The translations under genes and the position numbers were made by a program. From NCBI GenBank assembly GCA_043228905.1, contig JBHGNT010000005.1:23374001-23438000 (forward strand): a DNA stretch of 64,000 bases. Direction: 5' to 3'. Position 1 is the first letter of the stretch, and every line of letters starts with the position of its first letter. Of the stretch, positions 1-9,917 are shown in pieces. The notes under the pieces are model-generated. The model made no database searches. It saw only the letters and a program-made list of their open reading frames with translations, and was not told where the DNA came from. The stretch is from Azolla caroliniana. Taxonomy: Eukaryota > Plantae > Polypodiophyta.

Positions 1-1300
1 AGGGACCTGTCTCCCAATAAACTCCCCCTTCACTCCGGCATGGGGTGTCTTACTAGTCCGATCCGCTTCCGGCATGCATCCAGCATGTTGGGTATCAGCA
101 CTTTGGTCAGCATATCTGACTCGTTCTCGGCCGTGTGGATCTTCGTCAGCGCGAACTCCTGGTCATATACTCTTTCCCGGATCCAGTGAAATCTTCGCTA
201 GATATGCTTCGTTCGGGAATGGTAGGCCGCATTCTTAGCAAGATGGATGGCACTTTGACTGTCGCAATAGAGCCGGTATTCATCTTGCCGAATACCGAGC
301 TCTCCGATTAAGTCCTTCATCCATAATATTTCCTTGTCGGCTTCCACAGCCGCCATGTACTCCGCCTCCGTGGTTGACAACGCAACCGTCTTCTGCAGCC
401 TCGACTGCCACGAAACAACTTCCCCTGCATATGTCATTATATACCCAGATGTAGACCGGCTGGTATCCACATCAGCCGACATGTCCGAATCGGTAAAACC
501 GTCAAGTTGAGGTTTTCTGGAGCCGAATCGGAGACACGTATTTGAAGTGCCCTTCAAGTACCGGAGTATCCATTTTGACCACGTTCTAGTGCTCCTTGCC
601 GGGATTGCTCATAAACCGGCTTACCACTTCGACTGCGTATCCTATATCCGGTTGGTTACACACCATTGCGTACATTAAGCTCCCGACGGCAGAGGCATAT
701 GGAACCTTCATCATATCAGCCTTCTCTACTTTCGTCTTCGGGCTTTGCTTACCGGATAGCCTGCAGTTTGCCGGAAGTGTCGATCCGACCGGTTTCGCAT
801 CTGACATGTTGAACCGCTGAAGCACCTTTGTCACGTATTTCTCCTGTGACAGCCACAGTTGCTTCATTGGCCGGTTCCGGATGATATGCATCCCCAACAT
901 CTGTCTTGCCGGACCCAAGTCTTTCATTGAGAAGGTTTGGTTGAGAGCTTTCTTCAGCATCCGGATTCTGGCTTGGTCTCGTCCGACAATCAACATGTCG
1001 TCCACGTACAGAAGGAGTATCAGGAAGTCGCCTCCTTCGAACTTCTTCACAAACACGCAGTGATCGGCTTGCGTCTTGTGGTATCCTTGATCAGTCATGA
1101 AGGAGTCGAACTTCCGGTACCATTGTCAGGGAGCCTGCTTCAGTCCGTACAAGCTCTTCTTCAACCGGCAAACCAAGTGCTCCTTCCCTTTCTCCACAAA
1201 TCCTTCCGGTTGTTGCATGTAGATCTCCTCTTCGAGGTCACCATTTGCTCATCAGCATTATTCTTCTCCCTTCCCATCCGGAGGGACCTGTCTCCCAATA
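1..1300 (-). mobile_element. Internally deleted Ty1/Copia LTR retrotransposon (RT C-terminal part + RNase H); 3' LTR runs off the left edge
   Basis: ORFs 586-1098 (LLLYVDDMLI) and 198-557 (FTDSD..., LSTTEAEY, HSRTKHI) are Copia RT/RNase H. PPT AAGGGGGAG at ~22-30 (-) is followed by an LTR start at 19. The same LTR start recurs at 1300 and runs only ~55 bp before joining RT ([14 protein letters not shown]) at ~1245. LTR matches the solo LTR at 46083. Confidence 0.88.
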
Positions 1301-1398
1301 ATTATGTACAAGTTATCAATTCACACGCCCACACATGGAAGGGCCGGTTCATGCACGATTTCTCTCGTTTCCTCCTAGGGACGGTTTTCTGCACGACA
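1301..1398 (-). mobile_element. Terminal fragment of a Trp-primed Gypsy-type LTR (related to element C LTR), interrupted by the Copia at 1300
   Basis: ...gggccggttc...tagggacggttttctgcacgaca aligns by eye with the C LTR end (...tagggacggttttctccacgaca, 29383/35500). Flanked by ACGG in the host gag. Confidence 0.75.
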
Positions 1399-1957
1399 AC
1401 GGCTCGACTAATGGCCTCTGTTAAGTGTAAGCGACTTCAGACCTTCAGGGAAAGTAAGAAGAAGATCTTTGACATCATTTCTCAAACTTTGACAGAATTG
1501 ATCCATTAAGGCCGCCTCATCCCAAGGGATATCACATGTCAAGAGACGAAAATCAGTTGCGTAAGCCGACGCAGGACGATCTCCTTGTCGGAGCCTTCAA
1601 ATCTTGTTTATCGATGTCCTAGTGTTGTTAGTGTCTCCGAAACTAGCTTGAAACTCCTTAACAAATGCCTTGAAATCCTCCAGCAACGGCGATTTCTTCT
1701 CGAGAAGTGGTGCGAACAATGCTAACATTGTACCGCATAGCAAAGTTCCCACTAATCCCACACGAGCAGTGTCAGTTGGATACCGATTGGGATGTAGCTG
1801 AATAACTAGACAAACTTGATTCAAAAAACCTCGAAATAAAGACCTTGTACCATCAAACTTGGTGGGGAGGTTAATCTTTGGTTCTTTAAGGGAATTTTGA
1901 ACCCCTAACGCTTGTTCTCGTAATGATAATATAGTTGCCTCGAGTTGGTGAACCCGT

Positions 1958-2767
1958 TGTCGTGCCTTTCGGCTCCGGATCGTTGCGTGAGTCGGGTGGG
2001 AACCACAGAGGTCTTGGACTAGGAGAAAAGAAGTTCGTGAGATAGAGATTAATTATGAGTAAATAGCAAAGAGAAAGATAAGAAACTCGTGAATCACACG
2101 AGTATCCTATTTTAATTGGTACTTAGGGTGTTAAGAGAGAAGTAGATGTATAAATCGTGAATCCCACGAATAATTTTTGTATTGAAAATATATTTAATCC
2201 AAATAATCAACCACCCTTTACATATTTCTCTCCTCCTTATATAAGGAAAGAAGAGCTAAGCATGGCTTCATGCTTTTTTTTTTACAAAAAGTGTTCATGT
2301 CCACTAAATGTGCATGTGATGCTTTTTTATTTCCTAAGTATAGGGCTCATGCACGCTAGATGTGCATGAGTTATTTTTAGTGTCTCGCGTTTTTCTTTTT
2401 CATATATTAAAAAAAATACACGATTTACCTTTTAATAAAGGTATGCATAAATAAAGGTCTTATACGTATTAAATCTATATTTAAAACACTTAAGATAAGT
2501 TAATGTAATGGTAAGGTTGGGGTTTGTCAACGTGGAGGTGCAGAGTTCGAATCACGCCCTGCGCAGTAGTGAGTATTTCCTTTCTTTTTACATTTATGTC
2601 TCTTTATCCGGCTCTTCCTTGCCGGTATGCCGTTTTCTTCCTTGCCGGTATGCCGTTTTCCTCCTTGCCGGTATGCCGTTTTCTTCCGGTTCTCACCGAG
2701 CACTCCATTCTCTATCCCGAGGGACAAAAATATAATTTCCACATAGTGTGCAACCTACACTACGACA
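1958..2767 (-). repeat. 3' LTR of element A
   Basis: Direct repeat of 8435-9244 (offset 6477), TG..CA ends, adjacent to PPT GGAGGGGGCGAG at 2768-2779 (-). Contains a 23-bp unit x3 (2617-2685). Confidence 0.96.
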
Positions 2768-5700
2768 CTCGCCCCCTCCAAACCCGCACATCCTCCGGTA
2801 TGTGCCGAAGTTCTTGATTCTTCGTATCCGTCTTCATCCGAAGCTTCCTCCGATTCTCCCCTTATGTCGACTATGAGTTGTAATCCACTTTCTTCGCTTC
2901 CCGCATCATTGTGGTCTTCGTCCGATTGCTCCTCGTTGTCGGCCTCGACTTGGATCACATAAGGTTTGTCGTCGGTCCGCTTCTTGAAAATCTTCACCCG
3001 CTTCCCGGCTATAGGCACTCGTAGTATTGTTCCATCCAACTCGGACAGTCGGTACGTCCCGTTGTCGAAGACCTTCCGAACCTCGTACGGCCCGAACCAC
3101 CTTTTCGCGAATTTCCGCATCGTTGTATGTTGATGGTCCAAGCTACTATCATAGACGATCACCCAATCTCCTTCTTCAATCCTCCTCGGTCGTAGTCGGT
3201 GCTTTGTGTCGAACCGGCTTTTGTTCCGGAACCGTGCTTCTTGTTGTCGGCGTGACGCTTCCGCTACATCTTTCGGTCTTCCCTCCAGTTGTCGTATCCG
3301 GACCGCTAGTAGTTCTTCCCGGCTCATCTCTTCCTTCCACGGTAGTATTGTCCATGTCGCGATTGCGGTTTCCGTTGGCATTACCGGTGCTTGTCCGGTC
3401 ATGAGTTCTGCCGGCATGTAACCGGTCACGGAGCTATGCGTCGTCCGATCCGCCCATAGTGCATACGGAAGCATTTGTGGCCAATCCTTCACCCTTCCGT
3501 CGCATGCCTTCGCAAGTGCTTTCACGATCGGACTATGTCCTCGTTCGATCTTCCCGTTGGCCTCCGGATTGTAGGCCGTTGTCAACGTTAACCGAACTCC
3601 ATGTTTGGCGAAGAATCCCCTAGCTTTGTCCGAGTCGAGTTCTCCCCGGTCCGCAATCACTTGTCCTACACAGCCGTACCTACAAAACACTTCTTCCAAA
3701 AGAAATTGGCACACCGCGGCACACGTTTTCCTCCGAAGCGCTCGACCTTCAACTTGGTTTGTGAGATCTTCTCGAGCTAACACCAAGTATTTCTTTTGTC
3801 CCATCCCGGTCGGCATAGCTACAATGTCGACCATCCACTTGAAGTTGATTGTCGGTGAGAATGTCGGATGCAACTCATCTCGGTGTCGGACCCCGGAGTA
3901 GACTTGACATTTCTCGCAGCTTTCTGTGAACTCCGCGACATCTTTATACATGTTCTTCCACCAATATCTTTGCTTGATTTTCACAAAAGTTGCCCATGTT
4001 CCTCGATGTCCAGCCCAATCGGATTCGTGGAACTCGGACATTATCCGGTTTCGTTGCTCTTTCGTCCCGACTACTCGAAGTGGTATCCCATCCGGTCTTT
4101 TCGGCGTCCTCCATATTAAACCGTTTTCCAAGAAGAACTTTTGGACTTGCCTCTTCTTCCTTCGGATCTCGGCTCTCCTTTCTTTATCATCGGTTGAATC
4201 CTCGACCTCTTGTAGCATCTTCCCGATCATCAAGGTTTCCCCCTCGTATTCTTCTTCCCGGAATTCTCGGATCACGTTCACTCGGCATATGTGTTCTGAC
4301 GTGAAGTAGTCTTCGGAAACTTCTTCATTATCTGATTCGGTTATGTCGTCTTCAAACCGCGCCCTCGATAACATGTCCGCTACCGCGTTGTCCTTCCCCG
4401 AGATGTGTCGAACCTCCGGATTAAGTGACTTGACATATGCAATCCACCTTAGCATAGCCACATCCGGTATCGTACAACACCGCATCATCCCGAGTATCGG
4501 AAGACAATCCGTCTCGATCACCACTTCAGCTCCGATCAAATAATCCCGATCCGATTTTATCGCCGACACGACTCCCCACAATTCTCTTTTGACTTGTGCA
4601 TATCCGCGTTGCCTTTCGTTGAGGACCTTTGCTCCAAATCGGATCGGATACCGCGAACCATCCGAGTCGGCTTGATTGATGACCCACCCGATACCGGTTG
4701 GACTTGTATCAACCGTTACTATGATTGGCCGCTCGTAGCTTGGCTTCTTAAGTGATTCCGCCCTCCATAGTGTCTTCTTGAGCGTCCTCATGGCTTTAGT
4801 GTGTTCCGGTTTCCACTCGAATTTCTTACCTTTCCGCAACAAGTGATATAGCGGGTCCGCTATATGTGCATAGTGCGGAATCCATATGTGATAGAATGCA
4901 CACGCACCCAGAAACCTTCGGACTTCCGATGTCGACTCACATACTTCCTTCATAGCTTGAATCGCATCGATCTTTGTTGGTGACGGTCTTCGGCCGTAGG
5001 GTCCACATAGATGTCCGACCACCAATATTTCTTCTTGCCCGAATGCCGATTTCTCCCCGGAAAGTGTTAGGTGCACATCTTCTAGCTTTCGCAACACTTT
5101 CTCGCAATCATGAATATGGTCGACCACGAACTTTCGGCATCCCCGATCATCCATAGTCTCATCTTTTTCTTCCACCGCGCATCCTTTCATCGGAATGTCA
5201 TCTAGAAACGGCATCGTTATCTCCGGGATGCAATCTCGAAGCACCTTGTTCATCGCGTTCATCATATGTGCAACCGAGTTTGTCGCTCCTTGTGGTAGTG
5301 TGCACATTCGAACTAGTCCTATCGGTGTCCGCATGGTAGTGATGTCTCGGCTCTCCACGGCTAGTTGGAATTGATCATACCCCGAGTATAGGTCCCCGAT
5401 GGAGTATATCGCACGTCCGGCAAAAGCTTCCGCAAATTCGTCCACTATCGGACCGACTCCCGAGTTCCGGATCGTGACCTTATTCACCGGTTGCAAGTCT
5501 TGGATAAATCGGAGTGACCCATTCTTCTTCGGAACCGTAAACCATCGATTTGAGTACGGAGCACTTGATGGCTCTAGAATCCCCATCGCCACCTTCTCCT
5601 TGAGCAAGTCGATGACTTTCGGAATATGCGCCCGTGGCACCGGAATCGGCTTCAGATTCCACGGTACATGGTCAATCGTAAAGATCACCATCGGCTCCAC

Positions 5701-6366
5701 TATTCTCGGATCGACGCACCCTATCTCCCTTGATGTAAATGCAAACGCTTTGCCGTGTTGCTCCAACATCTCGCGAAACCGTTCTTCTTCTTTCTGTAAT
5801 AGGAACCCACCTCCACCGATCCAAAGTTTCTTCCGGGTCTCATCCGTGAAGGCATGTCCGATATCCACGGACTTCCGAAGTGTCGGATCTCCCGAGACTT
5901 CTTTCTTCTTTTGTTCGCTATCGGCGGGTAGTGGTCCCGCGGCCGGTTTCACCTTCTTCTCCACGGTCTTGTATTTCGTACTTACCATTGCTTCTTCTTT
6001 GCGGAGCGCATCCGGCCCCATTTTCGCAACGATCTCGTACATCTCGACCGATTCCACCGGGACTACCCGGTTCCCTTGGCTTTTATCTTCCGCAAGCTCT
6101 TCAAGCCGTTGTAGTGTATTCCCATAGAACACTTCCTCGATCACTCCCACGATTTCTTCGTCTTCTTTTATTATTGATGCCGACCGTAACTTATCCTCCA
6201 CTTGTCGGTATTGTTTCTTCATTCCTCCGGTTACGGCCGTGTACGTAGATGCCCCATCCGGGCCGATTCGTACTTGTTTTGCTCCGAGAGTTTTCTTCCT
6301 GTGTGGGGTATCAGGGCTTCTCGGACTATCACTTCCCCACTCCGCAACAGTCCGCTTTAAAAATCC
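2755..6366 (-). CDS. pol: Pol (RT-RNase H-integrase) of element A, predicted to be reached by -1 frameshift; first ATG at 6222
   Basis: RT (LPQGATNS, FLDD), RNase H (VTVDTSPTGIG), integrase HHCC (HESDWAGH...CEKC) and DDE core (VIADRGE, NGKIER). Frame is open from the slippery site at 6366 to the stop at 2755 inside the 3' LTR. Confidence 0.93.
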   Translation of the reverse strand, partial: GFLKRTVAEWGSDSPRSPDTPHRKKTLGAKQVRIGPDGASTYTAVTGGMKKQYRQVEDKLRSASIIKEDEEIVGVIEEVFYGNTLQRLEELAEDKSQGNRVVPVESVEMYEIVAKMGPDALRKEEAMVSTKYKTVEKKVKPAAGPLPADSEQKKKEVSGDPTLRKSVDIGHAFTDETRKKLWIGGGGFLLQKEEERFREMLEQHGKAFAFTSREIGCVDPRIVEPMVIFTIDHVPWNLKPIPVPRAHIPKVIDLLKEKVAMGILEPSSAPYSNRWFTVPKKNGSLRFIQDLQPVNKVTIRNSGVGPIVDEFAEAFAGRAIYSIGDLYSGYDQFQLAVESRDITTMRTPIGLVRMCTLPQGATNSVAHMMNAMNKVLRDCIPEITMPFLDDIPMKGCAVEEKDETMDDRGCRKFVVDHIHDCEKVLRKLEDVHLTLSGEKSAFGQEEILVVGHLCGPYGRRPSPTKIDAIQAMKEVCESTSEVRRFLGACAFYHIWIPHYAHIADPLYHLLRKGKKFEWKPEHTKAMRTLKKTLWRAESLKKPSYERPIIVTVDTSPTGIGWVINQADSDGSRYPIRFGAKVLNERQRGYAQVKRELWGVVSAIKSDRDYLIGAEVVIETDCLPILGMMRCCTIPDVAMLRWIAYVKSLNPEVRHISGKDNAVADMLSRARFEDDITESDNEEVSEDYFTSEHICRVNVIREFREEEYEGETLMIGKMLQEVEDSTDDKERRAEIRRKKRQVQKFFLENGLIWRTPKRPDGIPLRVVGTKEQRNRIMSEFHESDWAGHRGTWATFVKIKQRYWWKNMYKDVAEFTESCEKCQVYSGVRHRDELHPTFSPTINFKWMVDIVAMPTGMGQKKYLVLAREDLTNQVEGRALRRKTCAAVCQFLLEEVFCRYGCVGQVIADRGELDSDKARGFFAKHGVRLTLTTAYNPEANGKIERGHSPIVKALAKACDGRVKDWPQMLPYALWADRTTHSSVTGYMPAELMTGQAPVMPTETAIATWTILPWKEEMSREELLAVRIRQLEGRPKDVAEASRRQQEARFRNKSRFDTKHRLRPRRIEEGDWVIVYDSSLDHQHTTMRKFAKRWFGPYEVRKVFDNGTYRLSELDGTILRVPIAGKRVKIFKKRTDDKPYVIQVEADNEEQSDEDHNDAGSEESGLQLIVDIRGESEEASDEDGYEESRTSAHTGGCAGLEGASVVV

Positions 6367-8396
6367 ATTCTCACTTGGGACAAGAGTTCCCTCTTGTTCC
6401 TTTCGTGATTTGCCGGCACCGTTAGGAATTGGACGGATTTCCCTCCGTTTTGGCTCCGAATTCGCGCAAAAGCCGCACCACTATCGAGCACCTTCGTCTC
6501 CATCCGTGAAGCCGTGATAAAGGGTTGGCCGAGGATGACAGAATGTGAAACCTCATCCTGCACAAAGAAATTTTGGTCAATTTCGACATCCCCGATCTTT
6601 ACCGTCACATCCGGACAAGCCGCAAATAGGTCTTCTGTCGTTTTCGTGGCTGCCCGAATCTTCCATCCATGGTTGGTGTTTATAGGCCACTTCCCCTTTC
6701 GGTAGAACTCCTTGGACATCAAGTTGATCTCCGATCCGTGATCAATCAATGCTAGCACGGGTTCTTTGATGTTGCCGATTCGGACCGGAGTCTCCGTAGT
6801 CGCACGTGCCCAGTGTGGCCTTGTATAGTGGGAGTTCGGAATTTCGCCTTCCACTTCGGTGTCGTTCATTGAAACGGTATTTGCATTCACCCTTGGAGCA
6901 TTTTCCTCCGTACTTTGTCTCTTCCTTTTCACGAGATCCACGAGAAGATCGTGAAACTCCTTCTTCGCTATTCCGAGTAGTTCCCGCAGCGAAAAATCTA
7001 CCCGGCTATCCAAGATTCTTTCCTCGAACACTCTTTTCAAGTCGGTTTGTTGTTCTATGTCCGAGGCGAGCTTGAATGCCGGAGTCGCCTTTTCTTTTCC
7101 CTTACCTCCGGAGTTCCAGCTTTCCGGTATCTTCGATGGTCCGGCCGCATCCTCCGTGCGCCGTCGTTTCTCGTCCACATACACCTCATGTAATTGACAC
7201 AGGGCGTATATGCTATTCTTGTCGACAGGGCACTCCCATCCCGTAGCTTCCCGGACGCCTTCCGCGGTGTTTCGGATATCGTTGGAGTCGGTTTTCTCGG
7301 TGTTTCCTAGCACCTCCGGCCAGAAAGACGCCTTCGCTCCCGATGACTCCCCGACACATATTCCCGCGGTTGTCGCATAGTTGCTTCTTGCCGCTAACTC
7401 CTCCTCGAGCACCTTCTTCATGCCGCCTTTCCGGAAGTTCGGTCGGAGTGGCTTCCGAGAGTCCATCGAATGAATCCGGTTTCCCTCGTAGTAGATGAGA
7501 TCCCGTCGTAGCGCCTCCTTATGGTCGTCGCAATCCCTCCGATCGTGTTCGGCGCTATCGCACCATATGCACCGTCGATCCGTATATTTGGAGCTTGTGG
7601 GGCGGTCATCCGACTTCTTCACCATCGCGATCTTTAGATTCTCCATCTCCTTCAGCAGCTGCTCCACCGTAGACGCGTCGACTCCCTTCTCGGCCGTAAT
7701 CTCCCGAGCCCTCGGTTGATGGTCTTCCAGTCCCGTTCTCGGTTTCGGAATCGGTTCCGAAACCCTCTTTTCTTCGTTGGCAAGCCATTGCCCCCTCTTC
7801 GTGTACCGCGCGACGATATCCCGCACGCTTTCCCATGTTTCGGTGAGGCCGCTTTCGGTGGTCGTGTCCTCAAGAAGCACTCCGAGATCTTTCCGGTCCC
7901 GGACATCCACAGCTCGCAAAAACATGATGACTTTGTCCGGTGCAAGAATAGTTTGATCTCTCGCGGACAACCTCCCAAACTGACTTTCGAATGTCGAAAA
8001 CACTTCGAGGACCTTCAGCCCCTTACCTGACGTTTCCACCCAATCCTCGAATCCCCTTCGCGTTGCCTTGGAGGAGTCCTCGATGGCAAACGTGGTCTTT
8101 AACGCCTCTTCGAATGCTTCCCACGTCGGATTTTGTTGTTGCAACCCGTGGATACTCCCTTGAAGCCCGTCGGTCGCCACCCGGTTAAAGGATGTCACTT
8201 GCAGTCCTTCCGAAGCCCGGCACCGGAGCATCTCCGCCTTGTAGTCCTGCAAATATCGCGACACATCCTTACCATTAAATTGCCCGTTGCGTTGCACGAG
8301 CCGCTCTACTGATGCCGAAATCTCCGACATCGTGCGTTGTTCTTGAAGCATCCGTTCGAACATCGCCATCATATTGTTAGCTTGTTGAGCCTCCAT
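6357..8396 (-). CDS. gag: Gag-protease of element A (~679 aa from ATG 8396)
   Basis: Zinc knuckle CIWCDSAEHDRRDC and retropepsin-like ALIDHGSEINL...VILGQPF. The ORF-track start (8483) lies in the LTR; the first ATG after the PBS is at 8396. Confidence 0.92.
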   Translation of the reverse strand: MEAQQANNMMAMFERMLQEQRTMSEISASVERLVQRNGQFNGKDVSRYLQDYKAEMLRCRASEGLQVTSFNRVATDGLQGSIHGLQQQNPTWEAFEEALKTTFAIEDSSKATRRGFEDWVETSGKGLKVLEVFSTFESQFGRLSARDQTILAPDKVIMFLRAVDVRDRKDLGVLLEDTTTESGLTETWESVRDIVARYTKRGQWLANEEKRVSEPIPKPRTGLEDHQPRAREITAEKGVDASTVEQLLKEMENLKIAMVKKSDDRPTSSKYTDRRCIWCDSAEHDRRDCDDHKEALRRDLIYYEGNRIHSMDSRKPLRPNFRKGGMKKVLEEELAARSNYATTAGICVGESSGAKASFWPEVLGNTEKTDSNDIRNTAEGVREATGWECPVDKNSIYALCQLHEVYVDEKRRRTEDAAGPSKIPESWNSGGKGKEKATPAFKLASDIEQQTDLKRVFEERILDSRVDFSLRELLGIAKKEFHDLLVDLVKRKRQSTEENAPRVNANTVSMNDTEVEGEIPNSHYTRPHWARATTETPVRIGNIKEPVLALIDHGSEINLMSKEFYRKGKWPINTNHGWKIRAATKTTEDLFAACPDVTVKIGDVEIDQNFFVQDEVSHSVILGQPFITASRMETKVLDSGAAFARIRSQNGGKSVQFLTVPANHERNKRELLSQVRMDF

Positions 8397-8412
8397 CTCC
8401 TTGCCACCCGTC

Positions 8413-8430
8413 TTCACGTCGGGTTCACCA
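8413..8430 (-). promoter_or_regulatory. Primer-binding site, tRNA-Trp (element A)
   Basis: TGGTGAACCCGACGTGAA, 4 nt downstream of the 5' LTR, complementary to the plant tRNA-Trp 3' end (..UCACGUCGGGUUCACCA, from recall). Identical PBS at 34816-34833 and 44752-44769. Confidence 0.85.
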
Positions 8431-8434
8431 ACTG

Positions 8435-9244
8435 TGTCGTGCCTTTCGGCTCCGGATCGTTGCGTGAGTCGGGTGGGAACCACAGAGGTCTTGGACTAGG
8501 AGAAAAGAAGTTCGTGAGATAGAGATTAATTATGAGTAAATAGCAAAGAGAAAGATAAGAAACTCGTGAATCACACGAGTATCCTATTTTAATTGGTACT
8601 TAGGGTGTTAAGAGAGAAGTAGATGTATAAATCGTGAATCCCACGAATAATTTTTGTATTGAAAATATATTTAATCCAAATAATCAACCACCCTTTACAT
8701 ATTTCTCTCCTCCTTATATAAGGAAAGAAGAGCTAAGCATGGCTTCATGCTTTTTTTTTTACAAAAAGTGTTCATGTCCACTAAATGTGCATGTGATGCT
8801 TTTTTATTTCCTAAGTATAGGGCTCATGCACGCTAGATGTGCATGAGTTATTTTTAGTGTCTCGCGTTTTTCTTTTTCATATATTAAAAAAAATACACGA
8901 TTTACCTTTTAATAAAGGTATGCATAAATAAAGGTCTTATACGTATTAAATCTATATTTAAAACACTTAAGATAAGTTAATGTAATGGTAAGGTTGGGGT
9001 TTGTCAACGTGGAGGTGCAGAGTTCGAATCACGCCCTGCGCAGTAGTGAGTATTTCCTTTCTTTTTACATTTATGTCTCTTTATCCGGCTCTTCCTTGCC
9101 GGTATGCCGTTTTCTTCCTTGCCGGTATGCCGTTTTCCTCCTTGCCGGTATGCCGTTTTCTTCCGGTTCTCACCGAGCACTCCATTCTCTATCCCGAGGG
9201 ACAAAAATATAATTTCCACATAGTGTGCAACCTACACTACGACA
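8435..9244 (-). repeat. 5' LTR of element A
   Basis: Direct repeat of 1958-2767, followed by the PBS on the - strand. Confidence 0.96.
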
Positions 9245-9489
9245 CCGTTGTAATAATTCTTCATATTGTTGAGCTTTTTCGACACTCACATGTTGTAGGT
9301 CTCCAAGTAGCCTTTGATTTTCATGCTCTAATGCCACAAATTTATTCGTGAGCATGTCGAGCTCAGAAAGAACACGCATATACTCATGTTTTCTCACGGA
9401 CTCCATAGCTTACGAGGGGAGAGGAGAAGGAAGAAGAGAACTTGTTAGGGTTTGTGGAAGAGGAAGAAATGAAATAAATTGGTTCAAAC

Positions 9490-9884
9490 TGTTGAGAGAG
9501 AGAAATATTGTATTGCAGAGTAAAATGGGTTACAAGGAGTAGGCAATAGACTGCTACAAAATGGCGTTGAACCAATTTAGGTTTGGGATGATTGATAGAT
9601 CCCTATTTATAAGTAATAGAGAACATTCTAGGTCATCCTAGAATGTAGAGTACTCTAGAAGGTTTCTAGAGTATTCTAGAAGGTTCTAGTGTATAGAACA
9701 CTCTAGAATATTCTAGGTTATTCTAGAATGTAGAGTAATATAGAATATCCCTATGATATTAGATTATACATTCTAAAAATTATACATATAAGAATATTAA
9801 TACAATGGTTAAGGATTTGACATGTGTACAACAAGGTCGTAGGTTTAAATCCTTTCGAGGCATGATGTGAGTGTCATCATGACA
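9490..9884 (-). repeat. 5' LTR of the old chromovirus-type element whose gag is at 1399-9406
   Basis: TGTCATGAT start (-) as in family G, TCTAGA-rich U3, TATA, AAATTGGTTCAA inside the LTR and its complement GTTTGAACCAATTT just after the LTR (9476-9489). Confidence 0.78.
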
Positions 9885-9917
9885 CAACCATGACAACTCC
9901 TATGATTTGTCATTTTA

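Larger units (their letters stand above)
1958..9244 (-). mobile_element. Element A: intact full-length non-chromovirus Ty3/Gypsy LTR retrotransposon (7287 bp)
   Basis: Two 810-bp LTRs (1958-2767, 8435-9244; TGTCGT...ACGACA) with no difference seen, 4-bp TSD CCGT (1954-1957/9245-9248), tRNA-Trp PBS, PPT, uninterrupted gag-PR and RT-RH-INT ORFs. Confidence 0.97.
1399..9406 (-). pseudogene. gag: Chromovirus-type gag pseudogene (segments 9245-9406 and 1399-1957), split by element A
   Basis: MESVRKHEY...ENQRLLGDLQ and FAPLLEKKSPLL...FGDT are homologous to gag at 56945-58102. Removing A and one CCGT copy restores the frame (EELLQRVHQL). Contains stops and frameshifts. Confidence 0.85.
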
